A stretch of 32,000 bases of DNA, taken from NCBI RefSeq assembly GCF_000195855.1, contig NC_002677.1, positions 1,290,001 to 1,322,000 of the forward strand, read 5' to 3'. The stretch is from Mycobacterium leprae TN (GTDB taxonomy: Bacteria; Actinomycetota; Actinomycetes; Mycobacteriales; Mycobacteriaceae). Every line of letters begins with the position of its first letter. Position 1 is the first letter of the stretch. This document shows, piece by piece, positions 21,485 through 32,000 of this stretch. The notes under the pieces were generated by a model that saw only the letters and a program-made list of their open reading frames with translations, did no database searches and was not told the origin of the DNA. Made by a program: the position numbers and the translations under genes.

Positions 21485-22655
21485 AACTCTCTGCGAAAGC
21501 GTCTAGCGCGTCGAGCACTTCGAATGTGAGCTAGGATCGGTTACGGGCCTTGTCGGTAAATTTGACGATGATCTTGGCCTTGACAAGCGGTTCCAAGGAT
21601 CGGTAGATGGTTGCTGATCGCGATGTTTAGTTGATCGTTGACCAGTTGTGCTTTGACTACTGGGCATTTGATTAGGAATTCGCCACATGGCGTACAGCAG
21701 GGTTGCGGCGTGCAGTGACTTTCGATCCCCACTTCTCTTGATCATTTGCAAACCATTCATTAGGTGTCGACCATTGACGACGGCCAGGGACGATATCTCC
21801 GACATTTTCCGACTATCGGTGCGGGATCACTCTCGCGATAAGTAGTTAGTTCCTGAAAATACGAATTGGTGTCCGATAGCAGGCCCGCTGAGACGGAGAC
21901 TGTGACCTAACGCGTTAATTGCCTGTTGCGCAACATCGAATGGACCAACGACCTGCTGGTGCTCCCGTTGCCGTCGAGGACAGGGTAGATGGTTTCGAAT
22001 TGTGCATGAGCAATTGGGATTTGTGAAAGGACTTTTATGTCATTGCTTTTGGCAAATCAGAGTAGATAATCAATGGCTTAGATGACCAGGACATGTTGCA
22101 GAGCAATGAAATTAGCGTTTAGTGGACCGAAATTTCCACAGCCGATCCACACTTGCTCGGTTCACCATTGGTCGGCGATACTCGGTTCAGTCTCGTGCAT
22201 CAGTGTGTCATGCGTGGCCAGACGGCCTCGTCGCTGCTCTGGTCGGCCAGGTCGATGGCTGACTGCGTTGCCTTGGTGTTTGCGACGATCAGTGGAATAT
22301 GGCAGTGCTTAATATTTTCCAATGTTTCAGTTTTGGAGATCTGGCGCTTATGATGCCGCCAAGTTCTCGATTGTAGAGTCGGCTGCTGATTCTGTTCGTG
22401 GCAGCACGGAGGAGACTGGGGCGATCTCGCCACAGAGTTCGGTATCGAACCATGCGATCTCTTTGCCGGCGTCTTCGGCGTCAGCTGGTATATCAGATAG
22501 CAGGTTGACATCGAGGTTGGCAATCTCGGCAGGGATGGCGGACTGGTACTGATTGAACTGGCGCTGGGCGGCATGTAGGCCGGAGCACTGGATATACCAG
22601 CTTTAGCCAGCATACCGCAGACAAGTGCTTCATACCCCACTATAGTGCCTGAGCG
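21485..22655 (-). pseudogene. Decayed Fic-family (AMPylase-type) protein
   Basis: Ordered minus-strand fragments: QFNQYQSAIPAEIANLD...EIAWFDTELCGEIAPVSSVLPRTESAADSTIENLAAS* (22.5-22.3 kb); WTEQVWIGCGNFGPLNANFIAL (about 22.15 kb); IPIAHAQFETIYPVLDGNGSTSRSLVHSMLRNR, a degenerate HPFxxGNGRxxR (about 21.98 kb); TIYRSLEPLVKAKIIVKFTDKARNRS*LTFEVLDALDAFAES wHTH-like C-terminus (about 21.5 kb). Confidence 0.85.
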
Positions 22656-22869
22656 AACTGATGATATGGACCGATGCCTATCATAACTTAGGCGATTAAA
22701 CTGCTAATATCTTTCAGAGTGCCGTTTATTACCAGTTCTGTCATCCCGCGCCAGGTTAGTGGACTCGGCCTATGTCAGTGCGTCGTCGAGCTGGCCACGG
22801 CAGGATTGCTGAGCAGCCGTCGCGACGGTGTTCGGGGTGGCTTGGCGTACTGGTCGGCCTTGCTTCGGG

Positions 22870-23085
22870 TGTTGTGTTTACTGGCAAAACCTGCGTGTGT
22901 TCGGACAACTGCACTGTATCGGTGTCGATCGAGCCTACACTGGCACTCGTGTGTTGATCCTTGTCCAGGACTTAAATACGTCCGGATCATCCACACCGTC
23001 ACCAGGAGAATTGGCCCGTGAGCTAACCCTCGATCCCCACAAAAAGACTACCAACCCACCGGCGCCCCTAAGGACCCCAAACGAA
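22870..23085 (+). mobile_element. C-terminal remnant of an IS481-family (rve) transposase
   Basis: GQLHCIGVDRAYTGTRVLILVQDLNTSG...SPGELARELTLDPHKKTTNPPAP, which resembles IS481-type C-termini (HHIGIGRTHAGTRVLLLVQDL...TGELLRELTLDPTRDYQP). No N-terminal part or clear terminal repeats seen. Confidence 0.6.
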
Positions 23086-23154
23086 AAGCGGCCCGAGAAT
23101 TTAGTTTTGCTTTTTTGCGCGACCACCAGCAGATCGGCGGTGGCCTTAGCGTAG

Positions 23155-23738
23155 GTGCTCTTTGGTTATAAGCGTGTCATCGCTTGCCGGTGTAAGTCCG
23201 GTCCGGGTAGTCGTCAGGAGGCCTGGTAGCAGACTGGTGACTTGGTCTGGAAAAGGACCGGGTCGAAGCCCCGTGTCGAAAGCCTTTTACTAGGGGGACT
23301 GAGTGGTCAGTAGCATGACGCAAAGCCTGCGGCATCGTTAGGTTCGAGGTTTTGCCCGTTGCGGGTGGGGTGCAGGGAGTGATGAGCCCCTCGAAATCAG
23401 GGTAAAGGCCTTGGAAGGCGCTGAAGACCTGGAATGTTTAGGCGTTGAAGAACTTCCCGGCCTACGGGGTGCGGAACGTTATAGTAACGGCGGGAACTGG
23501 TGAGGTTCTGCCGGTCCGAAAACCTGCGATATGTTGTCGGAGCGTGACGCTTTATAACCGGTGAACCTGGCGAAGTGTAGCTGTGTGGGCGTCGGAGGCG
23601 GCTGTTGTACTGGTTGAGCCAGTCGGACAGCATAACGCCGATCAGGAGAGTGCCTTGGGGCGAAAAGAGACCAAGAGGCGCGGTGGCCAGCAGGCCAATG
23701 ACGAAATCATCCAAAAGCTTTAGGAGTCAAGTTACTAT
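23155..23738 (+). ncRNA. Group II intron-like ribozyme 5' region (domain I-III-like) remnant
   Basis: About 580 nt without an ORF. It starts GTGCTC (cf. GUGYG) and contains gccggtgtaagtccggtcc, aggcctggtagcagactgg, gacgcaaagcctgcggcatcg, gaagacctggaatgtttaggcgttgaagaacttcccggcctac and gcggaacgttatagtaacggcgggaac, resembling actinobacterial group II intron leaders from memory. No reverse-transcriptase remnant or domain V recognised. Confidence 0.4.
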
Positions 23739-24419
23739 AACCAGGACATATCATGTGTTTTTGTTTGCATTACTTGTAAAACAATTACGAAGTAAGGGTC
23801 ATCGGGGTCAAAGACAGGTCAAGAGCAGTTGGCTCTCACGTTGTATAAACGCGCGCAGATGCAGTGGATACAGAATCCACCAGTCAGGTCGCTACGTTTC
23901 CGGTGCCGAACGGATATTGGCGTACCGAATCAGAACCCCTGATATCGCTGAAGTTAGCCAACCAAGATAAATTCTTGGCGTTTCGGTACAACTGGAAGCT
24001 TCCAATGGTCGGGTCTGCATCAATGACGTATTTCACGTCTTCTGGGTGGAACGCCAGTACGAGGACGTTTATGCTCACGGTGACTAGTTCAAAGGTTTGC
24101 TTTGGCAGATCTTGCGCGCAAGATTGCGTACCTGCCGCATGCTTGGCACCGTCGTGATACCTAACGTTAGCCGACTCTCGGAGGCGTGATCTACTGTGTA
24201 GAATTGAGTATCCAATTTACCGGTGCCGAGCTTGGGTCGTGTGTGCTGCCCCTGGCATCAATGGGCAGGGGCTGAAGTCGTTAATCTGCGACGCGATGTT
24301 GTCAGTTGCTAGTGATCGTGCTGACCGGGTTGGCCGAAAAACGTTGGAATACATCACACAGCTCGATCATCCGAGCGGAACCGCCGGTTTGCATGGCAAA
24401 TCTACCTGGAACAGGACGA

Positions 24420-24778
24420 TATCGTAGTCGGTGGGTGGCATCGCCTGGTGGTTTTCCGCTAATCATGGCCGATTAGGGCATGCCACAATCTGCTGTTGCC
24501 CGGCCGCAGGTCAGCTTGTTAGGCGCCGATACTGACCCGAAGCTGTGGGGACAAAGCTGCCGCTTTACTGCATTCCCTGGGGTGTGCCACGTCTTTTTGG
24601 ATTGCAGCAAGCGGACCGCGTGGGCGATGGTATTGGCGTTTTTACGTTTCAACGGGAATCGATCTGGTTGATATTCTACGACGTGGATTCGCCGAGGTGT
24701 TAGTGCTGTTGGCTGCAGTGGGTGAAATCGATTGGTTGAAGATCGCTGATGGGCTGCGTCAACTAGCGGCGATATAAC
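24420..24778 (+). pseudogene. Decayed Doc-type (death-on-curing / Fic fold) toxin gene
   Basis: QSAVARPQVSLLGADTDPKLWG + frameshifted DKAAALLHSL + CHVFLDCSKRTAWAMVLAFLRFNG (degenerate HxFxDGNKRTA) + frameshifted GFAEVLVLLAAVGEIDWLKIADGLRQLAAI*, in the correct Doc-family order. Confidence 0.78.
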
Positions 24779-24819
24779 GAACTGTGCAACAGGAAGCCGA
24801 GGGGGCCCGACTAGCACAC

Positions 24820-24862
24820 CCTAACCTGCTGGCGCAGGCGAAGCCAGCGCCAGCAGGTTAGG
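24820..24862. repeat. Perfect 16-bp inverted repeat, 11-nt loop with an internal 3-bp stem
   Basis: cctaacctgctggcgc-aggcgaagcca-gcgccagcaggttagg. Confidence 0.93.
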
Positions 24863-26299
24863 TAGGACTCCGGAATGGTGCGTCTTTTCTATGACGCGCA
24901 GCGAGGCGGTCCTTGCATTGCCCCTCAACATGGAGGTCAAACAGGAGAGTCCGCGTAATCCATTTAGATGCAGTGGACGTGTTTCTTACTGGTCCAGTGC
25001 GATGATCACCTACGTCCCTCCCTCCGAACAACGGGAACGTGAACAGCGTCAGGCTGGCATGCAGCGCATGGCTCAGCCCTTTGACGACAGTGGTCGGCTG
25101 CGGCAATTTATTCGGTCCATGTCCGGCCGCTCCAATAGCGTAGACTCTGCGCCCCGCCAGAATCGGGGTACCCCACCCGCCGGTGGTGGATAGCGGCATG
25201 GGAGAGTTCACGGTGTCTTTTTTCGTGGCTGGGTATGCCTAGTTCAAGTGCAGAAGGGTCTGCGATCCTGATTGATCAGGCCGCAAAACAGACACGGCCG
25301 CCAGTAGCGCCTGTTGACGGCCGTGCCTGTTTGCCGCTCTATTTACGTTTCGCTCGTCCAGTTCATGCGGTTTTATCGGTTGTCGGCCCAATGGTCGAGG
25401 TATTCCTTGGGCCGGTGCAGCGGCTGCAAAGTCACGTCCACCAATGGCGGTGGTGCGCCGTTGATAGTCGCGGCTCGTCATCATATACCTTTGCCAACTC
25501 GCCGAATAGCACCCGTGTCCATCTGACCACGCTTGGATCGAGCGTGACCAGGTTGGCGTGCACCAGTACCTACCTGAGGGTGGCCAGCGTAATTGCTGTA
25601 AACCATGCCCATCCGCTGTGCGTCGTTTTGCGTACCACTGCCTAGTAGCGGTCCTTCGCGTCGCTGATTGCCTGCTCGTGTTGCGGGTTAGTTCGGCGGA
25701 CAATGAAATCCTACACCTGCGCCAATCGCTGGTCTCAGACCCGTTGTCTATTGAATCAGCTTTCGTGGTTACATCGATGTGGGCAGTGAACAGCACGCCG
25801 CTGTCCGGGCCGACGTGCCGGGGAACTGTGCCCGTAGCAGCCAACAACTGGATCTCAGCGACTACATGGACGATGTAGCCGTCCTTTCGGGGCTGCAAAC
25901 TCATGAAGTGCTAGCATGTTAGGACGAATAATGCTCGCGGCCATAAGAACCGTACCTACTTGGTGCTGTACAAGCTATCCGTTGCCTGGGTCATTACTTC
26001 TGCGGCGTAACGTAGCGCGGGAGGAGGCAGTCCCCGCGACTGAGCCAAGGTTCACCTCGACTTCGAACGAACTTCACCGTCGGCTAAAACCAGCTTACTA
26101 ACCACCACTAACCACCGCCTTGGTGCGGTCTGTCTGGAACGTCTCCACCTCCATGGAATGTGATCTCGGGGGAGGTTGGCATCGGTGCTTCCTTCCAGTG
26201 GTGTTTGCTAATATCAATGGAAGGAAGCACCGAAAGGCATGCCTGGGGGATGGGCCGCGCCAGTTTGGCAGAAAAATCGCCTTTGAACTGCAGTAAAGC

Positions 26300-26375
26300 T
26301 GGTGCCCCCGGCAGGATTCGAACCTGCGACCTTCTGCTCCGGAGGCAGATGCTCTATCCCCTGAGCTACGGGGGC
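26300..26375 (-). tRNA. tRNA-Arg (anticodon CCG), CCA encoded
   Basis: GCCCCCGTAGCTCAGGGGATAGAGCATCTGCCTCCGGAGCAGAAGGTCGCAGGTTCGAATCCTGCCGGGGGCACCA; acceptor GCCCCCG/CGGGGGC pairs, anticodon loop CTCCGGA, T-loop TTCGAAT. Confidence 0.96.
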
Positions 26376-26570
26376 GTACAAATAACATGTTGCACCAGTG
26401 GGCTCCAGCAGATTAGCGCATCGGGATGGCTGGGCGATATTATCCAGTTCGTCCCCGCAAGCGGTAAAATGTCCCCACTTCTGACGGCTACGCCGTCTGA
26501 ACTATTGCGAGGCTGGCTGCTACTGCGACGGATTCGGGCGTTATGGCCACAGCCCATAGGATGGACATTC

Positions 26571-28223
26571 GTGACCCCTGCCGATCTGGCTGAGCTGCTC
26601 AAAACAACCGCTATTGTGGTGCTGGCTGAGCGCGGGCTCGATGCCGCTGCGTTGCCGCAGACGGTCACCGTGGAGCGGCCGCGAAATCCTGAGCACGGAG
26701 ATTACTCCAGCAACCTGGCCATGCAGCTGGGCAAAAAAGTCGGTGCAAACCCGCTTGAACTAGCCGGATGGCTTGCCGAGGTGCTGGCGCAGGCCGGCGG
26801 CATCGCGGACGTAGAGGTGGCGGGACCGGGTTTCATCAACATGCGTCTTGACGCGTCGGCGCAGGCCATGATTGTCAACACCGTCATCAACGCCGATAAA
26901 AACTTCGGCCACTCCGATGACCTGGCTGGTTACCAGATCAACCTAGAATTCGTCTCGGCCAACCCGACCGGACCGATCCACATCGGCGGCACTCGGTGGG
27001 CAGCTGTCGGGGACGCACTGGGTCGGTTGTTGTCGACGCAGGGTGCCGCTGTGGTGCGCGAATACTATTTCAACGACCACGGCGCCCAGATCGACCGGTT
27101 CACCAACTCTTTGATCGCCGCGGCCAAAGGCGAGCTCACTCCGGCCGACGGCTACGCTGGCACCTACGTAACCGACATCGCCGCGCAGGTGATGCAGCAG
27201 GCACCCTACGCGCTGAGCCTGCCCGAATCCGAGATGCACGAGACCGTCCGCGAAATCGGCGTCGACTTGATGTTCACCCACATCAAAAAGTCGTTGCACG
27301 AGTTCGGCACCGATTTCGATGTCTACACCCACGAAGACTCGATGCATGCCAGCGGCCGGGTCGATGAGGCCATCGCCAGACTGCGCGATACCGGTAATGT
27401 TTACGAAAAGGATGGTGCACTCTGGTTGCGCACCAGCGCTTTTGGTGACGACAAGGACCGTGTCGTGATCAAGAGCGACGGCAAGCCGGCCTATATCGCC
27501 GGTGATCTTGCCTACTACCTGGACAAGCGGCAACGCGGTTTCGACTTGTGCATCTACATGCTTGGTGCCGACCACCACGGATATATCGCCCGGCTCAAGG
27601 CTGCGGCCGCCGCATTCGGCGATGACCCGGCCATCGTCGAGGTGCTCATCGGACAGATGGTGAACCTGGTTTGCGATGGACAGCTGGTCCGGATGAGTAA
27701 GCGCTCAGGCAACGTGATTACGCTCGACGACCTGGTCGAGGCGATTGGTGTCGACGCCGCGCGCTACAGCCTGATCCGCTCGTCGGTGGACACTCCGATT
27801 GACATTGACTTGGCACTGTGGTCCTCGTCCTCGAATGAAAACCCTGTTTATTATGTGCAATACGCGCATGCCCGCCTATCGGCATTGGCTCGTAACGCTG
27901 CCGAATTCGGACTGATTCCCGACACCGGACACCTCGAGCTGCTCAGTCACGACAAGGAAGGTGCACTATTACGTACCGTCGGTGAATTCCCCCAGGTGCT
28001 CAAAACCGCTGCTGCACTGCGTGAACCACACCGTGTATGCCGTTATTTGGAAGACCTCGCCGGAGATTACCACCGGTTCTATGACTCCTGCCGGGTATTG
28101 CCCCAAGGCGACGAGAAGCCTACCGACCTGCACACCGCGCGTTTGGCCCTGTGCCAGGCCAATCGTCAGGTTATTGCCAACGGGCTGGCGATCCTCGGAG
28201 TCAGTGCTCCGGAGCGGATGTGA
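26571..28223 (+). CDS. argS: Arginyl-tRNA synthetase
   Basis: 550 aa from GTG 26571 ([23 protein letters not shown]...); [14 protein letters not shown] (HIGH-type) and VRMSKRSGN (KMSKS-type) motifs. The track ORF extends upstream through the antisense tRNA region. Confidence 0.95.
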   Translation: MTPADLAELLKTTAIVVLAERGLDAAALPQTVTVERPRNPEHGDYSSNLAMQLGKKVGANPLELAGWLAEVLAQAGGIADVEVAGPGFINMRLDASAQAMIVNTVINADKNFGHSDDLAGYQINLEFVSANPTGPIHIGGTRWAAVGDALGRLLSTQGAAVVREYYFNDHGAQIDRFTNSLIAAAKGELTPADGYAGTYVTDIAAQVMQQAPYALSLPESEMHETVREIGVDLMFTHIKKSLHEFGTDFDVYTHEDSMHASGRVDEAIARLRDTGNVYEKDGALWLRTSAFGDDKDRVVIKSDGKPAYIAGDLAYYLDKRQRGFDLCIYMLGADHHGYIARLKAAAAAFGDDPAIVEVLIGQMVNLVCDGQLVRMSKRSGNVITLDDLVEAIGVDAARYSLIRSSVDTPIDIDLALWSSSSNENPVYYVQYAHARLSALARNAAEFGLIPDTGHLELLSHDKEGALLRTVGEFPQVLKTAAALREPHRVCRYLEDLAGDYHRFYDSCRVLPQGDEKPTDLHTARLALCQANRQVIANGLAILGVSAPERM

Positions 28224-29638
28224 ACGTACATACCGCCGGTCCTCGGCACGCTGAAAAAACCCGTCACACCGCGACTCCACAGCGTGTGCAACCCTCAGAT
28301 GACCTGTTGCGATTAGCGTCAAATGTCTGGCCGCGTAACATTACTCGAGATGAAACCGGAGTTGCTTGCATTGCGGGAAATAAACTGACCGACCTTGCCG
28401 GGGAGTATGGGACTCCGTTGTTTGTCATCGACGAAGACGACTTCCGTTTCCGTTGCCGGGAGATAGCGGCTGCATTCGGCGGTGGGGAAAATGTGCACTA
28501 TGCCGCCAAGGCCTTCTTGTGTACCGAGATAGCTCGGTGGATCGACGAAGAAGGTCTTTCTCTCGACGTGTGCAGCGGCGGTGAGTTGGCCGTTGCGCTG
28601 CATGCTTCTTTTCCACCAGAGCGTATTAGCTTGCACGGTAACAACAAATCGGTAGCAGAGTTGAAAGATGCAGTCAAAGCCGGAGTGGGCTATATCGTTT
28701 TAGACTCGACGACCGAAATCGAGCGCCTCGATGCCATCGCGGGCGAAGCGGGCATCGTCCAAGATGTCTTGGTGCGCCTGACTGTCGGTGTAGAGGCGCA
28801 CACTCATGAGTTCATCGCCACTGCACATGAAGATCAAAAATTCGGGCTGTCGGTTGCCAGCGGTGCGGCGATGGCTGCGGTCCGCCGGGTATTCGCAACC
28901 GATAATCTGCGACTGGTTGGGCTGCACAGCCACATCGGTTCGCAGATCTTCGATGTCGCCGGCTTCGAACTTGCTGCACACCGTGTCATCGGCCTACTGT
29001 GCGATATTGTCGGCGAGTTTGATCCGGAGAAGACAGCCCAGCTATCGATCGTCGACCTCGGTGGTGGCCTGGGGATCTCGTACTTGCCGGATGACGACCC
29101 ACCGCCGATATTCGAGCTGGCGGCCAAGCTGGGCGCTATCGTGAGCAACGAGTCAGCCGCCGTGGGGCTGCCGGTGCCTAAGTTGATGGTCGAACCCGGA
29201 CGCGCCATCGCCGGACCGGGCACCATCACGTTGTATGAGGTCGGCACTATTAAGGACGTCGACGTGAGTGCTACCGCGCACCGGCGCTACGTCAGCATCG
29301 ATGGGGGGATGAGCGACAACATCCGCACAGCGCTTTACGACGCGCAATATGACGTCCGACTTGTCTCGAGAACTAGCGATGCGCCAGCGGCACCTGCCAG
29401 CATCGTCGGAAAGCATTGCGAAAGTGGCGATATCGTTGTACGTGACACCTGGGTTCCTGACGACTTGAAACCCGGCGACCTGGTTGGGGTGGCCGCAACC
29501 GGGGCCTACTGCTATTCGTTGTCAAGTCGTTACAACATGCTCGGCCGCCCCGCTGTGGTTGCGGTGTGCGCGGGGCAAGCTCGTCTGATCCTGCGCCGGG
29601 AGACGGTTGACGATCTGCTGAGTCTGGAAGTGAGGTGA
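28220..29638 (+). CDS. lysA: Diaminopimelate decarboxylase
   Basis: 472 aa from GTG 28220 overlapping the argS stop; [24 protein letters not shown] (PLP lysine), [10 protein letters not shown], ...[11 protein letters not shown]-terminal start uncertain (track start 28151). Confidence 0.94.
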   Translation: MNVHTAGPRHAEKTRHTATPQRVQPSDDLLRLASNVWPRNITRDETGVACIAGNKLTDLAGEYGTPLFVIDEDDFRFRCREIAAAFGGGENVHYAAKAFLCTEIARWIDEEGLSLDVCSGGELAVALHASFPPERISLHGNNKSVAELKDAVKAGVGYIVLDSTTEIERLDAIAGEAGIVQDVLVRLTVGVEAHTHEFIATAHEDQKFGLSVASGAAMAAVRRVFATDNLRLVGLHSHIGSQIFDVAGFELAAHRVIGLLCDIVGEFDPEKTAQLSIVDLGGGLGISYLPDDDPPPIFELAAKLGAIVSNESAAVGLPVPKLMVEPGRAIAGPGTITLYEVGTIKDVDVSATAHRRYVSIDGGMSDNIRTALYDAQYDVRLVSRTSDAPAAPASIVGKHCESGDIVVRDTWVPDDLKPGDLVGVAATGAYCYSLSSRYNMLGRPAVVAVCAGQARLILRRETVDDLLSLEVR

Positions 29639-29641
29639 CCT

Positions 29642-30967
29642 GTGTTCAGTGATGAAAGGACGGTCGGTGTAGCGGTACTCGGGTTGGGCAATGTCGGCAG
29701 CGAAGTTGTTCGCATTATCGAGGGCAGCGCTGACGACCTCGCGGCTCGTATCGGCGCTCCATTGATGCTGCGTGGCATCGGGGTGCGTCGTGTCGCCGTC
29801 GACCGGGGTGTTCCGGTCGATTTGTTGACCGACAACATTGAAGAACTCGTCTCCCGTGCGGACGTCGACATTGTCGTTGAAGTGATGGGACCAGTTGAGC
29901 TGTCTCGCAAGGCGATCTTGTCAGCGCTCGAACATGGCAAGTCTGTCGTCACGGCGAACAAGGCGTTGCTTGCCGCCTCCACTGGTGAATTGGCGCAGGC
30001 TGCCGAAAGTGCGCATGTCGACTTGTATTTTGAAGCTGCAGTAGCAGGTGCCATCCCGGTAATCCGCCCATTAACCCAGTCACTGGCCGGTGACACCGTG
30101 CTGCGGGTGGCTGGTATTGTGAACGGTACCACCAACTACATCTTGTCTGCGATGGACAGCACCGGTGCCGACTACGACAGCGCGCTGGCCGGTGCGAGAG
30201 CGCTCGGCTACGCCGAAGCCGATCCCACCGCGGACGTCGAAGGCCATGACGCTGCGGCTAAGGCCGCGATCCTGGCATCGATCGCTTTCCACACTCGGGT
30301 AACCGCCGATGATGTCTATCGCGAGGGCATCACCAAGATCACTCCGGCCGACTTCGTGTCGGCGCGGGCGTTAGGTTGCACCATTAAGCTGCTGTTCATT
30401 TGCGAGCGCATTACCGCCGCCGATGGCCAGCAACGAGTTTCGGCCCGCGTTTATCCTGCATTGGTCCCCATGTCACATCCGCTTGCCACGGTCAGCGGAG
30501 CGTTCAACGCCGTGGTGGTGGAGGCTGAGGCCGCCGGGCGGCTGATGTTCTACGGCCAGGGCGCCGGTGGTGCTCCTACCGCGTCGGCGGTGACTGGTGA
30601 CTTGGTAATGGCGGCGCGCAACCGAGTGCTCGGCAGTCGCGGTCCAAAAGAATCCAAGTATGCTCAATTGCCTATGGAAACAATAGGTTTCATTTCTACT
30701 CGATATTACGTGAGCATGAATGTAGCCGACAAGCCTGGTGTATTATCAGGGGTAGCAGCAGAATTCGCCAAGCGCGAAGTGAGCATCGCCGAAGTTCGTC
30801 AAGAAGGTGTGGTGGATGACGGCGGACGACGGGTGGGAGCCCGTATTGTAGTGGTCACTCATGGCGCCACCGACGCCGCGCTCTCCGAAACCGTCGATGC
30901 GTTGGCTGACTTAGACGTCGTGCAGGGTGTCACAAGTGTGTTGCGACTGGAAGGAATCAGCCTGTGA
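29642..30967 (+). CDS. thrA: Homoserine dehydrogenase (hom/thrA)
   Basis: 441 aa from GTG 29642; [17 protein letters not shown] nucleotide-binding motif, [13 protein letters not shown]-terminal ACT-like domain. Confidence 0.95.
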   Translation: MFSDERTVGVAVLGLGNVGSEVVRIIEGSADDLAARIGAPLMLRGIGVRRVAVDRGVPVDLLTDNIEELVSRADVDIVVEVMGPVELSRKAILSALEHGKSVVTANKALLAASTGELAQAAESAHVDLYFEAAVAGAIPVIRPLTQSLAGDTVLRVAGIVNGTTNYILSAMDSTGADYDSALAGARALGYAEADPTADVEGHDAAAKAAILASIAFHTRVTADDVYREGITKITPADFVSARALGCTIKLLFICERITAADGQQRVSARVYPALVPMSHPLATVSGAFNAVVVEAEAAGRLMFYGQGAGGAPTASAVTGDLVMAARNRVLGSRGPKESKYAQLPMETIGFISTRYYVSMNVADKPGVLSGVAAEFAKREVSIAEVRQEGVVDDGGRRVGARIVVVTHGATDAALSETVDALADLDVVQGVTSVLRLEGISL

Positions 30968-32000
30968 GCGGCCAGCAGACGACCACCCACCAGCCTTGGC
31001 CGGGTGTGATCGCAGCGTACCGAGACCGACTACCAGTGGGCGACGATTGGACCCCGGTTACCTTGCTAGAAGGTGGCACGCCGCTCATTGCTGCGCCCAG
31101 ACTCTCCGAACAGACTGGCTGCACGATTCACCTCAAGGTAGAGGGCCTCAACCCCACCGGCTCCTTCAAAGACAGGGGCATGACGATGGCGGTGACCGAT
31201 GCACTGGCCCGCGGGCAACGTGCCGTGTTATGCGCGTCGACGGGAAACACCTCGGCGTCGGCGGCGGCATACGCTGCCCGCGCCGGTATTACCTGTGCGG
31301 TGCTAATTCCGCAGGGTAAAATTGCGATGGGCAAGCTCGCACAGGCGGTCATGCATGGAGCCAAGATCATTCAGATCGACGGCAACTTCGACGATTGCCT
31401 GGAACTGGCTCGTAAAATGGCTGCTGATTTCCCGATGATCTCGTTGGTCAACTCGGTTAACCCGGTGCGAATCGAAGGTCAAAAGACAGCGGTGTTCGAG
31501 ATCGTTGACGCGCTAGGCACCGCACCACACGTGCATGCCCTTCCGGTCGGCAACGCTGGGAACATCACTGCGTACTGGAAAGGATACACCGAATATCACG
31601 CTGATGGTCTGATCGACAGACTGCCTAGGATGTTGGGTACTCAGGCCGCGGGCGCGGCTCCCCTGGTACTCGGCGAGCCTGTGAGCCATCCCGAAACCAT
31701 CGCTACTGCGATCCGCATTGGCTCGCCGGCGTCATGGACGTCGGCTGTCGAAGCCCAGCAGCAATCCAAGGGACGATTCCTGGCCGCGACGGATGAGGAG
31801 ATTCTGGCTGCATACCATCTGGTGGCACGTGCTGAAGGCGTCTTCGTCGAACCCGCATCGGCGGCCAGCATCGCCGGCCTCCTCAAGGCCATCGATGGTG
31901 GCTGGGTGGCTCGTGGGTCAACGGTGGTGTGTACGATAACCGGCAACGGTCTGAAGGATCCCGACACGGCGTTGAAGGATATGCCGAGCGTCTCCCCAGT
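30964..32000 (+). CDS. thrC: Threonine synthase, truncated by window end
   Basis: Frame open from GTG 30964 (4-nt GTGA overlap with thrA) to the window edge; [19 protein letters not shown]-lysine motif, [35 protein letters not shown]. Absent from the ORF track because it has no stop in the window. Confidence 0.95.
   Translation, partial: MSGQQTTTHQPWPGVIAAYRDRLPVGDDWTPVTLLEGGTPLIAAPRLSEQTGCTIHLKVEGLNPTGSFKDRGMTMAVTDALARGQRAVLCASTGNTSASAAAYAARAGITCAVLIPQGKIAMGKLAQAVMHGAKIIQIDGNFDDCLELARKMAADFPMISLVNSVNPVRIEGQKTAVFEIVDALGTAPHVHALPVGNAGNITAYWKGYTEYHADGLIDRLPRMLGTQAAGAAPLVLGEPVSHPETIATAIRIGSPASWTSAVEAQQQSKGRFLAATDEEILAAYHLVARAEGVFVEPASAASIAGLLKAIDGGWVARGSTVVCTITGNGLKDPDTALKDMPSVSP

Noticed and set aside
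23397-23714. 105-aa minus ORF (MDDFVIGLLATAPLG...)
   Set aside because: Lies opposite the intron-like structured segment; more likely a spurious translation of conserved RNA sequence.
25239-25904. 221-aa minus ORF, the longest in the decayed tract
   Set aside because: Arg/Thr/Gln-rich, low-complexity composition with no family motif. I cannot distinguish it from a chance ORF in decayed GC-rich DNA.
26098-26388. 96-aa minus ORF ([31 protein letters not shown]...)
   Set aside because: Its N-terminal portion is the tRNA-Arg gene read as protein, a classic artefact.
26160-26570. N-terminal extension of the argS ORF
   Set aside because: It reads through the antisense strand of the tRNA gene. 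The homologous start ([10 protein letters not shown]) is at GTG 26571.
1-32000. CRISPR array, rRNA genes, intact prophage or intact insertion sequence
   Set aside because: No regularly spaced direct repeats, rRNA signature or complete transposase with terminal repeats were seen by eye.

Overview
This window is gene-decay-rich mycobacterial DNA. Gene content, order and near-verbatim protein matches point to the leprosy bacillus group (Mycobacterium leprae or M. lepromatosis), by recall only. The left part is collinear with M. tuberculosis Rv1273c-Rv1284: ABC exporter (window-truncated), lprB, lprC, SixA-like phosphatase, a broken REP13E12-family HNH gene, an SbcD-like/SbcC-like pair, an oppA-D type peptide ABC importer, then a decayed beta-carbonic anhydrase. 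The right edge holds tRNA-Arg(CCG) and the argS-lysA-thrA(hom)-thrC cluster. Between them, about 10.5 kb (15.8-26.3 kb) has no convincing intact gene, but it holds recognisable relics. These are an SRPBCC/polyketide-cyclase protein, a Nudix hydrolase, a pyridoxamine-phosphate-oxidase-like protein, a PknH-sensor-like lipoprotein (weaker), a Fic-family protein, the C-terminus of an IS481-family transposase, a region resembling the ribozyme part of a group II intron, and a Doc-type toxin. There are also three near-perfect long hairpins, a G11 tract and a (AGT)5 microsatellite. I found no convincing intact, previously undescribed system. The most notable signals are the two independent Fic/Doc-fold relics, the group II intron-like RNA segment and the unexplained hairpins.
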